A stretch of DNA of 64,000 nucleotides from Epithemia pelagica (Eukaryota; Protista; Bacillariophyta), in contig OX337231.1 of NCBI GenBank assembly GCA_946965045.2, forward strand, positions 1,736,001-1,800,000. The letters are read 5' to 3'. The position numbers and the translations under genes were made by a program. Under the pieces are notes generated by a model that saw only the letters and a program-made list of their open reading frames with translations, was not told the DNA's origin and made no database searches. Of this stretch, positions 54,059 to 64,000 are shown in pieces (the stretch's first letter is position 1; the number at the start of each line of letters is the position of its first letter).

Positions 54059-55963
54059 TCAAGACTGATCACAAGAGAAGGGAGGTCGCCCTGAATCAGC
54101 CCAGTCTCGTTTCACCGAAGCTAGTGATCCGGCGAGACCAATTCCGAGGAAGACAACGGAGTAGAGTAAAAGAGCTGAAGAAGACATGCATTCCAGGTTG
54201 CGTGTGGTTGTTCGTTGGATAACACCGCTGTTGCTAAAGTCGGCCCTCCTTCTCAATATGTTAGAGAGACGGGTCCATTGTTGCCAGTGTTGATACAAGA
54301 CTGGTGGCAAAGTAAGCGTGAGAGGAACAGTGGTTGCCGCACCAATTAACGCCACCAAATCCTTAAAGAAGGGAATCCCATTCGCCACAAGGTAAGAAGA
54401 GACAGCAATGATGAGAGTAAGCAAAAGCCATCGCAGTCGACCAGTGCTCCGAGAGGAATTGGACAGGTTGCAAATAACACGCTGAAGTGATGAACAGAGT
54501 GCCTGCGAGTTGATTGCATAACTGACAGCAACGTGTCCCCACAGGAGCAAGCCAGCAATACGTCTGTTCCACGACCCCTTAGGTATCGTGTCAAATAAAA
54601 ATGATGGTGGATCTGTTTCAAAAAGGGAGTGAAGTGTTAGAATAAACAACGATACAAACAGGCATCAAAGAGAAACGCACTTACCTGGCCCTGCCAACAG
54701 AATTACCGCAAAATAAGCCATAAAGTAGATAGTTAGCGACCTTGCGAGGACCGGAGATGCATCTTTCTCTTTGTCGGCAAGCTCGTAGCGAATGTTGAGG
54801 AACAGTTTTTGTGACCCTACCGCAAAACATATGCTAGCAAGGGCTGAGAACTTTCTAAGCACAGATGGATGACTGTCAGTGTGGCTCTGGTCAGTCTTGT
54901 CCGATGTCTTCACATCTGATTCTTCTTCCGAACGGCTCTGGTTAGCTTCCCAAATGCACTGTCCGAGAACAATGGCCAATGCTGCCAGAGAGGCCATGGA
55001 GACGTACTGACCGAGTAGGGCCATTGTATTGAGTTGACAAATTGCAAACATGAGAATGGAAGCAACCAGCCCCGCTGTGGTGATACACATGCCCTCCCAT
55101 ACAGCAGCAACAGCATGAGCCATGACTAGAATGTAGTCCCCAAGTACCAAGAAAATATTCATATAGTACAGTAGGATGACTACATTTCGTCCAATCTTAT
55201 TTCCCGACGACCTTTGCGCCATGGAAGTGCTGTTGATTTCATCCAGCTGATTTTTGCTAAAGACAGCACTGGAGATTCCAATCAAGTCAAACGTTGGTGG
55301 TGGCTCACGAGCAAAGGATTGTGGAGATTGATGAAGCTCGGGTTGCTCTTCCAATTCACAATCCTCTGGAATAACAAGCGTCCCATCAATGTTTGATGAA
55401 TTCGGATCCTGACTCGCATCCAGTTGGTCTGTGTCTTGAACAATTTCTTCGTTGGCATCAGTTAGGTCGAGATACCTGTTCCATGGTCGAAGTGGTTGAA
55501 GATTGGGAGACGATGACCCGTGGAATCCACTCGATTCCTCCCCTGGATTCTCAGAATTCGAAACATCATCTTCTTTTGATTTAGATAAGTTTCCTGTCAT
55601 TTCCAGAGCTTGCTCAGTGTCGTTGTCGTCGCGGGAATACGTGTCTGGAGGACTCTGCCACCAGTCGTTCTCAACTTGCGAGGCCGTCCATGCCAGGATG
55701 TATCCCGCATAGTAATTAATGGGTAGCTGCAAGAGAAGGAATAAAAGACCAAAGGCTCGACCCAAAACGTGGATATCTTCCGGCAAGGCCAAGATGCCAA
55801 CTCCAAGACAGTCGGCAGTCAACAACGCGACACCCTGCCACATGCCTAGCTTGTGAACATCATCCACCGCTTTCCCTCTCCTGTCGGCTGTTGAGCGCTG
55901 GTTTTCGGTCTCCGAAGAGTTTTCAAATTCATCCTCAAAGGGCTCATCAGAAGCACTGATCAT
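54059..55963 (-). CDS. Amino-acid transporter (AAAP/Aa_trans family), 2 exons
   Basis: ALLTADCLGVGILALP, many TM segments, IPFFKDLVALIGA; intron 54613-54684. Confidence 0.88.
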
Positions 55964-56233
55964 ACTAGAGATACGAAATCCACACAGTCATTTCTCCTGG
56001 ATGTTGCCTGTTTTGGTATCACTCTTCCCAAAAAGGTTGTTCTCAAAACATAAAATTAAAATTCATCCAACATCGTACACCCCTTCTCACACAAAAATCG
56101 GAGGGGCCCCCTTAAAGATAAAGCAATCGCATATAAGTCGCTTGTAAAGTGACGTCACGAGCTTTGCGCATGTTTCTCTTGTGTTGTGTTTTTTTGTTAG
56201 CGACCTGGACATACACAATCGTCACCATCAACC

Positions 56234-56611
56234 ATGAAAGGATTCGTTGCTCATTTCTTGCTTTGTTTATTCTTCTTGAACTTCAGTGCTCAAGGTTTCA
56301 TCTGCCCACAACCAAATGCTGAGTCCACAAGAGGCCTGATCAACCAAAAGTCAAGATTTCAAGGTTGCACCTCGTTGGGTCTGGGTCTATCCTCACTCGA
56401 AGATGTAACAGTTGAATCGGTCTTTCCATCTTCTTCAATCGATTTGTCGGTGGAAACTCTGGACCCCACTACGGTTTTGTCTGATTTGCTTTCAGGTCTA
56501 TTCGGTACATCAGCCATCCTTGCTGTTCCTATCCTCGCAGCTTTGGCGGTAGTTGGTGCTGTTGTCTTCTTTATTGTCAGTTACGCCAACCCCACCGAAC
56601 CCAACGATTAG
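56234..56611 (+). CDS. Small, probably plastid-targeted, single-pass membrane protein
   Basis: Signal peptide ending QG-F; C-terminal TM helix ending FFIVSYANP. Confidence 0.7.
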   Translation: MKGFVAHFLLCLFFLNFSAQGFICPQPNAESTRGLINQKSRFQGCTSLGLGLSSLEDVTVESVFPSSSIDLSVETLDPTTVLSDLLSGLFGTSAILAVPILAALAVVGAVVFFIVSYANPTEPND

Positions 56612-57007
56612 AAGACTTTATTGGAACAAGGTTTTGGAGATGCCAAAATGAGGCACAAGCTCACGCTGGAACTCAAAATTACTGGCACGGAAGAAAAATG
56701 TCTTCTCGCTACTTTGAGTTGTATCAATGCGGTTAATAGAAGGATGGAACAAGCTAAAGAAATATAATATAGCCTTCAACAGCCAGCCATGATTTCATTA
56801 GAGGCATTCGTTACAGCTGTAAAGAGACCTGAATAGACAATCATTGATCCATCCTCAGAGTCAGAGATCCCTTCGATTTACCCGATGCTCTAGAGTGTCG
56901 TGGTCACAGATTGGTCGCCGATACATAGAGGTATCTTTCGCCGCTCCTGTGCATCAAACTCCATGTCCATTGATTTTGTCAATTCTCACTTGGATTCTGA
57001 AACAGAC

Positions 57008-57991
57008 ATGATCACATGGTTTTATTTACTGTTTCAACATGTTGTGGCTACGCTGTTGTCTTGTTCATCAACGGCAGCTTTCACACCGGTTACCACAACG
57101 GGCGCAAGGCAACGTCGACACAAAATTCCTGACGATGGACAACGAAATCCAGTGGCATTTTTTGGATTGGGAAGTCGACGGGTTGACACCACGGCAAACG
57201 AGGAAAACCTGCGAAGATCGTCGTCTTCTTCTCCTTCTTCCGATTTCACAAATATGGATACCACGATAAATGCAACTCACTCTACATCAATATTGGATTC
57301 CGTCTTGAACGAATCACCTCCTTCCACTATCTACGACGGTATGCCATGGGGGGATATTCAAGAATGGGCCTTAAGAGATAAGGCTAAACACTACACAGTG
57401 ACGGCACCATTGACGGTTGAAGGGAGTAACACTTTCCACTCATTCGTCCTTTGGCGAACGTTGAGTCAGGATGTCCCCGAACTGGCCGGTTATCCAATTT
57501 CCTTTCTTGCCAATCGCTATGCATCAATTGCAGGGGACCCAAGCTTTCAATGTCCTCCAAATGCATCCTACCGAATCTTGCCATATTTGGATGATTTTGT
57601 GTTTGAATCCAATGGCGGTTTGTCCGGTCGCATTTATGGAATGATGGGCTTGGCGGATGGAACTCGCATACAAACAGCTCCTGTGGCCAACGTGGAAGTA
57701 ACTCTACCAAAGTCTTTTGTTCAGACTGCGGACGGGCAGACAATGTATGAAATTGGTAATCCAGGAACCGAATCACCAACAGCAATCAACTCTTTCAAAG
57801 CACCCGATATGGTTCTGAAAACGTCCTCAGTAGCGCTGAAGGAAGGCGGCGCGTCTTCCATTGAGAAAGGCGAGCCTCTAGTGGATCCGGATCTTCTCAA
57901 TTTGGCAGGACTTACGACGATTGCCATTGCTGGTGCGTACGCATTTGAAACATTGTCCCACCATCTCACGGTAAACGTGTTTTGGGTTTGA
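57008..57991 (+). CDS. Uncharacterised protein with plastid-type leader
   Basis: Hydrophobic leader ending TAA-F; long ORF ending HHLTVNVFWV. Confidence 0.65.
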   Translation: MITWFYLLFQHVVATLLSCSSTAAFTPVTTTGARQRRHKIPDDGQRNPVAFFGLGSRRVDTTANEENLRRSSSSSPSSDFTNMDTTINATHSTSILDSVLNESPPSTIYDGMPWGDIQEWALRDKAKHYTVTAPLTVEGSNTFHSFVLWRTLSQDVPELAGYPISFLANRYASIAGDPSFQCPPNASYRILPYLDDFVFESNGGLSGRIYGMMGLADGTRIQTAPVANVEVTLPKSFVQTADGQTMYEIGNPGTESPTAINSFKAPDMVLKTSSVALKEGGASSIEKGEPLVDPDLLNLAGLTTIAIAGAYAFETLSHHLTVNVFWV

Positions 57992-59091
57992 GCCATCACG
58001 CACCACGACAACTACTGTACGATAATGACTATTCACTAGAAAACTTGAAGAGGCAACTTGGATAAATGTACTTCCTCAATGAAGCTAGAGTCGTGTTCTT
58101 CGTCTAATGAGAGATGGATGTTCGTTTCAGGATATGCAACAGACAATCGCTAAGTCAAAGTTGCAATCAGGTGCTAGGCATCATGGCTTACAAACCCAAG
58201 TTCTTACAAATGTGTGCAAGACAGAATGTCGGTTTCGTAATGAGGCTATCGTCTCTTCGTATCATTCGAAACGATTCGTTGGGTCTTGGGGCAGGACCTT
58301 TTCCACTCAAATAAGCTCCCATCAACTGACCATCCGAAATTCCCGGACTCAACTTCTGGTGGAGTTGTTGGTGGAGTTTGCAGAGTTGCCCTACTGCCCT
58401 ACACGTGTTTCCACGTTGAACAAGCGTTCCCACGAGCACACCCTAAAGGCCCTTTTCAAGTCACGGTTCGAGAAGTGTTCGTGGTGTTACACTTTTTTGG
58501 GCGAACGTCACGCTAGAGTGGACGCACAACCCGTGACAAACACTTTCAGTTGGATGCAAAAATTGCGCCCAACATCTGCAGTCAACGGATGGCTGGCGCT
58601 CGGCGCTTGGAGTATTTAGGACGAAAACAGACAAGTAGGCCACACCGGAGCACTAACAAACTTCTTAACAGACACTGGTGTGTTATGGAATGCGTCACGC
58701 GGAAAAATTACTTAAACGGACGGACGCAGGCACCAGCCAAAATTTGCTCCATGTGCGTTGTGCCGAACCTAACTCTTCTTATTTTTGCTCCTACTTACAA
58801 AAAAGGCGTGTTGGAATCAATTGCTCCACCCGCTGCTGCTCCCTTGAAAAAGAAGTGCACGGTCTAGTCTTGAACGCGTTACGATCGTTTCCACGTTTGA
58901 TCTGTCAAGTCCATCATCTTGTCGATTTGTTGAGCTATTGAAGCGGTTGTTTTGGGAATCGGTTTCCTTGATATTGCCGAACGAATTTTGTGAAGTTGAT
59001 TGGGGGAGAAGGAGCTCCAAAGGATCATTTTCTTCCTGTCTTGTCACAGCCATCGAGTCACAACACACGAACAGCCACACGGAGCGCGAAG

Positions 59092-61332
59092 ATGCCTTCG
59101 GGAGTCGTAGAAGAGGTGCAAACCAACAAACAAGACCAACCAAAAGCAGCCGACGTCATGTCACCATCAGAATCGAATAAGAATGGCAATGCTGAGCCGA
59201 CCACGAAAAACGATGACAAACAGAATGAGGAAGGCGTTGAGGTAGTGCTTGGTGATGAGCGGAATCCTACCATGGTGGATTCCCCCCGTCGGGTGAATAC
59301 TCACGATCAAGCCGTATTTCGTCCTCCGCAAACGGTTCGTCCTCAGGCGATGCGAGCACCATCGGGTCCTCCACCACCTCCTCACGGACAACCTTATGTG
59401 CAATCTTCTGGTTCATGGGGGTATGGGATGCCCCCTCATTCGGGAGATTACCACGGTAGACCCTACCCTGTCGCTCCGTACAACTCTGCGGCGGCTTCCT
59501 TTGAGGACCCATCGTACCATGCTCCGCCACCACCACCTCCTCCTACATCTCACTATACACCACCGGTGAACTACCCTGGATATCGCTCCTCCGAAGAAGT
59601 CAATGTGATCTCACCGAACCACAAGGGCGATCCGCACTACCGTCCCCCACACACTCCAAGGTCAAGGAACATGCCTCCTCCTAACTACTATCACTACCCA
59701 CCAACGTCCCCCGTGAGTCGTCAAGAAATGATGGCGCCAGGTACTCCTGGTGCCATGTCACGAGGTCGTAGTCATCCCCCAATCCGAAGGGGTGGAAGTG
59801 AAGGCCCTTACTCCAGGGCGCAACGGGGGGATTACCCACATGATGATGGTGCTTGGGGCCGGTATCCCATCTCTCATAGCCCAGGTCGAGACCGCCCACA
59901 TCCCTCGGTTGTGACGGAATCTTCCTTTGACTCTGAACATGTTTCACGAGAGTCTCAATCGCATGGTTCGCATCCCCCCACCCCGAGAAGTTCGCACCCC
60001 CATCCACACCCTCCTCATCCTGTGCCTTCGGCTCCACATGGTGACCCGCATTATCAGTTTTATGGCGGCGGTGGATCATGGGGAAGTTTTGATTCGGCAG
60101 CCGGTCCTCCACCTCATTTCGATGATCAACGCTACTATGGATTCCCTCCAGATTCCCCATATGGAGCGTACCATCCTACTCCGTATTCTCCCTCCGATAT
60201 CTATCGCGCTGACTCCTTCCATGGACACCCAGGTGTTCATCCTGTTTATTCCGGCCATCCTCATCCGCCTCATCATGGAAGTTACCCTTACTCGTATGAT
60301 GAAGATGACAGAAAGGGATACCATTCGGATGGTAAGGACAAGAAGGGAAGAATGACCCCCAAGACCTCGAACAAGAGCAGCTCCACGAACATGTTGCTTC
60401 CGAAGGCCGCCGAAGAGGTAGACTTTGATGTCACAGACCCGCCTCCCGAACCTGTCACACAGGCGTCCGAGAAACCAATCTGCGAGAGCCTCGCTGATGT
60501 AAATGGTTACGACGTCCTGTGTGGACGCGGGGGTGGAACCAACTCCCAGATAGGGAATCGCAGATTCCGCAAGCTTGTTCAAGAGTTTCAGCCGACTTAT
60601 TTGCTTGCACGACGCAAGGAGAAGCCGCTTTTGGCCCGTTCTATCGTTCTGATTATTCGAAAACGCGGGGGGCGTTTCCTGAAGAAGGATGACGATACTG
60701 GAGAACTCTATGAAGTTGGAGACACCAAGGCAGAGGCCAAGACGTCTCAGGCTCTTCGTGAAGGATTGGATGTACGGGCGACGAAGAGTGCTGCGAGCAG
60801 TTTGTTGGAAAAGAAGAAGAAGAAACAACAAGAAGAAGCTCAAGAAGCAGCAGAGGCCGCCGCTGCCGCAGCAAGTGAATCTGGTTCTCCGACAAAGAGT
60901 TCCAAGGTAACTTCTCCAGCGGCATCGACACCGGGCAAGGAGGAGAAAAAAACGCCTTCACGAGAGCAGTCTTCACCTCCCACACTTCCGCGTCTTCAAG
61001 GGGAAGAAGTTAAATCCGGGAATGTGCATCCACACTCTCCAGAACAGTTTGCACACAGCAAGCGCCGTCGTACACGACCAGTCAATGCTCCGTCCGATCG
61101 GTTCTTTCCAGAGTTTTGTCCTCCAAGAGCTGACCTCGGGCGCCCTGCCAGTCCTGGAGTTGATGATGACAGCAGCATTGCACTGGCGGCTACCCCGATT
61201 CGCAGGAATATGTCCCGAGACGATTCCGACCGCTATGAAGAGCCACGCGGTTGTGCTGGAATTGCCTTTGACGTTATGACTGGAGCTGCTACTGGCAGCT
61301 TCTGTTTGGGACCAACTGGGTGGAGACGCTAG
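59092..61332 (+). CDS. DUF6824-domain protein with long P/H/Y/G-rich disordered N-terminus
   Basis: DVLCGRGGGTN..IGN.RFR.LV...Q.TY....R.EK...A.SIV..IR..GGRFLK......YEVGD..A..KTSQALRE. Confidence 0.88.
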   Translation: MPSGVVEEVQTNKQDQPKAADVMSPSESNKNGNAEPTTKNDDKQNEEGVEVVLGDERNPTMVDSPRRVNTHDQAVFRPPQTVRPQAMRAPSGPPPPPHGQPYVQSSGSWGYGMPPHSGDYHGRPYPVAPYNSAAASFEDPSYHAPPPPPPPTSHYTPPVNYPGYRSSEEVNVISPNHKGDPHYRPPHTPRSRNMPPPNYYHYPPTSPVSRQEMMAPGTPGAMSRGRSHPPIRRGGSEGPYSRAQRGDYPHDDGAWGRYPISHSPGRDRPHPSVVTESSFDSEHVSRESQSHGSHPPTPRSSHPHPHPPHPVPSAPHGDPHYQFYGGGGSWGSFDSAAGPPPHFDDQRYYGFPPDSPYGAYHPTPYSPSDIYRADSFHGHPGVHPVYSGHPHPPHHGSYPYSYDEDDRKGYHSDGKDKKGRMTPKTSNKSSSTNMLLPKAAEEVDFDVTDPPPEPVTQASEKPICESLADVNGYDVLCGRGGGTNSQIGNRRFRKLVQEFQPTYLLARRKEKPLLARSIVLIIRKRGGRFLKKDDDTGELYEVGDTKAEAKTSQALREGLDVRATKSAASSLLEKKKKKQQEEAQEAAEAAAAAASESGSPTKSSKVTSPAASTPGKEEKKTPSREQSSPPTLPRLQGEEVKSGNVHPHSPEQFAHSKRRRTRPVNAPSDRFFPEFCPPRADLGRPASPGVDDDSSIALAATPIRRNMSRDDSDRYEEPRGCAGIAFDVMTGAATGSFCLGPTGWRR

Positions 61333-61811
61333 TATGCTTCATCGTGAAATGACTGAACTTTTAAAGGGGCCAGTAGTTCAAACACTATGAAGTGGGGCCA
61401 TACTACCAATAGAAATGCAAAGAAACTTTGAGGATACTGTTATTATGTACCAATTCTTTACTTCTTGTTCTATGAAGTCGCCCGGTGCAGAGTGAAGCGA
61501 AAGGTGATCGCTTGCATATCTGTTCAATTTGTTGTAGATGCCCACTCCACGCTCACTATCAACATAGAGTGCTTGACCAACTCTTTGGCTTGCTCTATCC
61601 ATGCAAACGGCAGAACTTCGGTCAATCACTCGTACAACAGGCAGAGCTACCTACCTGAGTCGGTAAATCGTCCTTACCCTGTGCACACCATTCTATTCGA
61701 CAAACTTAGTTGTTGTTCTTCTGTGAAATTGTTCAGACAATGTTGATGTCTGAATAAACGAAGCCCAACCTCGTGACGCGGTCTGTAGATGAATTATTTC
61801 CTCTTCGACGT

Positions 61812-62918
61812 TCACGAAGGCGGAAACCAGCCAAGGAGCTTTCCACTAACCACCATGGTATCGATGCTGTCACGCTTAACGTCTGCAAAGCTATCCCTTG
61901 CATCTTGTTGAATTTGAGGTTTCAAGTTATCCTGGATATCCCCACGTTTCGTCATTTGATCCTGAAAGGAAAGGAAGATTTTAGATAACGAGAGAATGAA
62001 TCGTTTTATAGAGTCACAAGATGAACATACCAGGATCATTTCCAACGTGCGTGTCAGTCCAACATCTTGCGATGTTGCATATTCCAAATGAGACTGAAAC
62101 GTTATAGCATACGGTGTGACCGTTTCGTCAGGAGTTTTAGAACGTTTGCGTGCATGTTGAGCTTGTTCGGTTGTGCTGAAATATGCCGCCGCGTGGACTG
62201 GAACAATTTTGTCTCCCCCTAGAGACAACGCTGTGTCTGGCAATTTGATGACATGGTCGCCATGTGTCGCATACAAGTCAATAACTTCCTTCCCTAAGAG
62301 ATTCTGGCCTGTTTGGCTAGCACGAAAAGACACTCTTCCAGCTCGAGAGGTGTAACCCGAGGGCAGGGATTGAGTTGGTCCTTCATTGCCCGAACCAACA
62401 GTATGATTGATGTCCTCGTTGTCATTGGGAGCCTCTTTGTCGTTTGCTATTTTTGCTGCTTCTCCGTAAAGATAAAATGAATGAGCCAAAAGTTGGTGAC
62501 CAAAGCATATGCCGAGAGTAGGGATCTCTTGTCTAACAAGTTCTTCTTGAATCACATGCTTTAACTTGTCAATCCATGGAACGTTTTCCTCGTAGGCAGA
62601 AGAGAGAGAGCCAGGCAAAATTACACCAGAGAATTCACTCCAGGTCGAGGGATAATTCTGAAGCTTGGCGTTGTAGACGTGAATCGATATACTCCATAAG
62701 ACGTCATGACGAGCACATTCGGCAGCTTGAGCAATCAAGTCTAGAAAGAGCGCGGCGGTATGTTCTTCTGGTCCATACCCAATGGCATCTTCACATCCCA
62801 AGAACGCGAGGTCCAAGGAGTACGATATGCTTGAAGAAGAATCTCCAGATTCTTGACGAAGTATTGGAACGTTGCTGGTTTTGTTAGTGGACGTTGACCT
62901 TTCATATTCATACGCCAT
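61812..62918 (-). CDS. Class I glutamine amidotransferase-like protein
   Basis: VILPGS.SSAYE..PWI, LGICFGHQLLA, HGD.V..LP and FQSHLE motifs; probable 69-nt intron at 61962-62030. Confidence 0.9.
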   Translation of the reverse strand: MAYEYERSTSTNKTSNVPILRQESGDSSSSISYSLDLAFLGCEDAIGYGPEEHTAALFLDLIAQAAECARHDVLWSISIHVYNAKLQNYPSTWSEFSGVILPGSLSSAYEENVPWIDKLKHVIQEELVRQEIPTLGICFGHQLLAHSFYLYGEAAKIANDKEAPNDNEDINHTVGSGNEGPTQSLPSGYTSRAGRVSFRASQTGQNLLGKEVIDLYATHGDHVIKLPDTALSLGGDKIVPVHAAAYFSTTEQAQHARKRSKTPDETVTPYAITFQSHLEYATSQDVGLTRTLEMILVCSSCDSIKRFILSLSKIFLSFQDQMTKRGDIQDNLKPQIQQDARDSFADVKRDSIDTMVVSGKLLGWFPPS

Positions 62919-63262
62919 GGTGACGATGCCGACTAGACGGGTTCATTGCGTTCATTTCCGAAAAATTCGGGGGAGCCCCTCCATCCGAGGGGGAATCGCG
63001 CATGTCCACTTTCCAAAATTTCTCTTCCTTCATCAACTCACGATCAGAAGATGCCCTGGAGCTACGCGTTCTCTTGATTTGAAATCATGGAACGACCGGT
63101 CGAAACAAACTCATGAACATGTCAGTGTCCACGCTAGTGTGATGGTGGGTTGGGGTTGGGGTGTTGGAAGTTACTTACGCGCTGTAAACCTCGGCGCAGT
63201 CGGATCGAATCGGAAAGTTGGTCACCGGCTCTCGATTGTGCGTGATTTCATGAACGACAAAT

Positions 63263-63832
63263 TTGACCAAGAGAAAGATTTGCAGTCTCGAACAAAGGTA
63301 TCAACACTATTTCTGTCAAGTTTCTCTTTATTCATCCATTCAAGAACGGCATTGGTCGGGTGGCCCGATTGCAGTTCAGCTGCGTTTTGCGAACGACACG
63401 GATGTTCCTGTGTCGCTGAGTGCTCCAAGAAATGTTGGCACACTTTACGATGCTCAGGGACTGAGTACAAAGCTCTATATTGCCTCGCTGCCTTGGTCGC
63501 CAAATGCGCCGCCGAAACTGCTTGGAACGCGAACTACGTCCTTTCGCCACCAATGGACATTCGACACACCAACCCTGTCAATTGACGGTGAAAAGGATTT
63601 ACTGTCACCCAGAAAAGTTGTTATTGCCGGAGCCGTTGCCGCTGCGCTTGCTCGTAGCTTCGGGTCGACTCGGAGCCATCGGGGTTTCATCAAAAACAAC
63701 CCATTCTCCTTTTCACGTTGTCTACTTTATTTTATCTTCGAGAATGACCTGACGAGCTCGTTCTACACTACAGTACCCCGTCGGTCCCTGGTGTCACTGC
63801 CAATAGCACTCTACGTTAGCATATCCTGCTGA
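63263..63832 (+). CDS. Possible hypothetical protein; structure unresolved near the window edge
   Basis: 189-aa ORF with no recognisable motif. Confidence 0.25.
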   Translation: MTKRKICSLEQRYQHYFCQVSLYSSIQERHWSGGPIAVQLRFANDTDVPVSLSAPRNVGTLYDAQGLSTKLYIASLPWSPNAPPKLLGTRTTSFRHQWTFDTPTLSIDGEKDLLSPRKVVIAGAVAAALARSFGSTRSHRGFIKNNPFSFSRCLLYFIFENDLTSSFYTTVPRRSLVSLPIALYVSISC

Positions 63833-64000
63833 CCGACAGCCAAAACAACGAACAGCGTAATGCTTTGCAGCAATTATCTTGGCAACAAGTGGTTCAGCTC
63901 GGGTGGTAATGCCATTATTTCGCAAATTATGAGGTACTTTATCATCACTTGCGTTTCCTAGAGAGAGAATGCTTATTGTCCTTGCCGTTGTTGAAAGATG

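Noticed and set aside
58107-58867. Overlapping ORFs of 170 and 105 aa as a gene or pseudogene
   Set aside because: No recognisable motifs or convincing splice model.

Overview
Gene-dense eukaryotic nuclear DNA with about 35 genes and short GT-AG introns of roughly 65-115 nt. Several predicted proteins begin with a signal peptide followed by an A/G-F/Y plastid-type motif, which points to a diatom or related stramenopile with a complex plastid. The window holds one gene of each histone class (divergent H2A/H2B, H1, divergent H3/H4) among housekeeping genes: methylmalonyl-CoA mutase, ornithine cyclodeaminase-like, SET, fibrillin, PPR, TadA, FKBP, KEA antiporter, ceramidase, mitochondrial carrier and amino-acid transporter. 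Strongest signal: all five histone genes, four of them with introns, carry the same 3' cassette 27-50 nt after the stop codon. It reads AAACA-GGATMT-TYTY-AKATCC-AYCC, a 6-bp stem with a 4-nt loop and a compensatory base-pair change, followed by an invariant CAAAGA at +10/+11. This layout matches the metazoan stem-loop plus histone downstream element, suggesting SLBP and possibly U7-like 3' processing in a diatom (inference). Three mobile or inserted regions: (1) a 911-bp TA-flanked TIR element containing a ~190-nt rod-like fold; (2) a 2.6-kb cassette with a TIR-domain remnant and a Crinkler/RHS-type NTPase-nuclease, bracketed by a 45-bp duplication of the 3' end of the neighbouring esterase gene; (3) a 4.6-kb segment bounded by 26-bp inverted repeats, encoding a putative transposase-tail/USP-like protease/PARP-type zinc-finger fusion. 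Also present are a four-HRDC protein, a Cys-less pentameric channel and a cingulin-like biosilica candidate. All family calls come from motifs recognised by eye; no searches were run.
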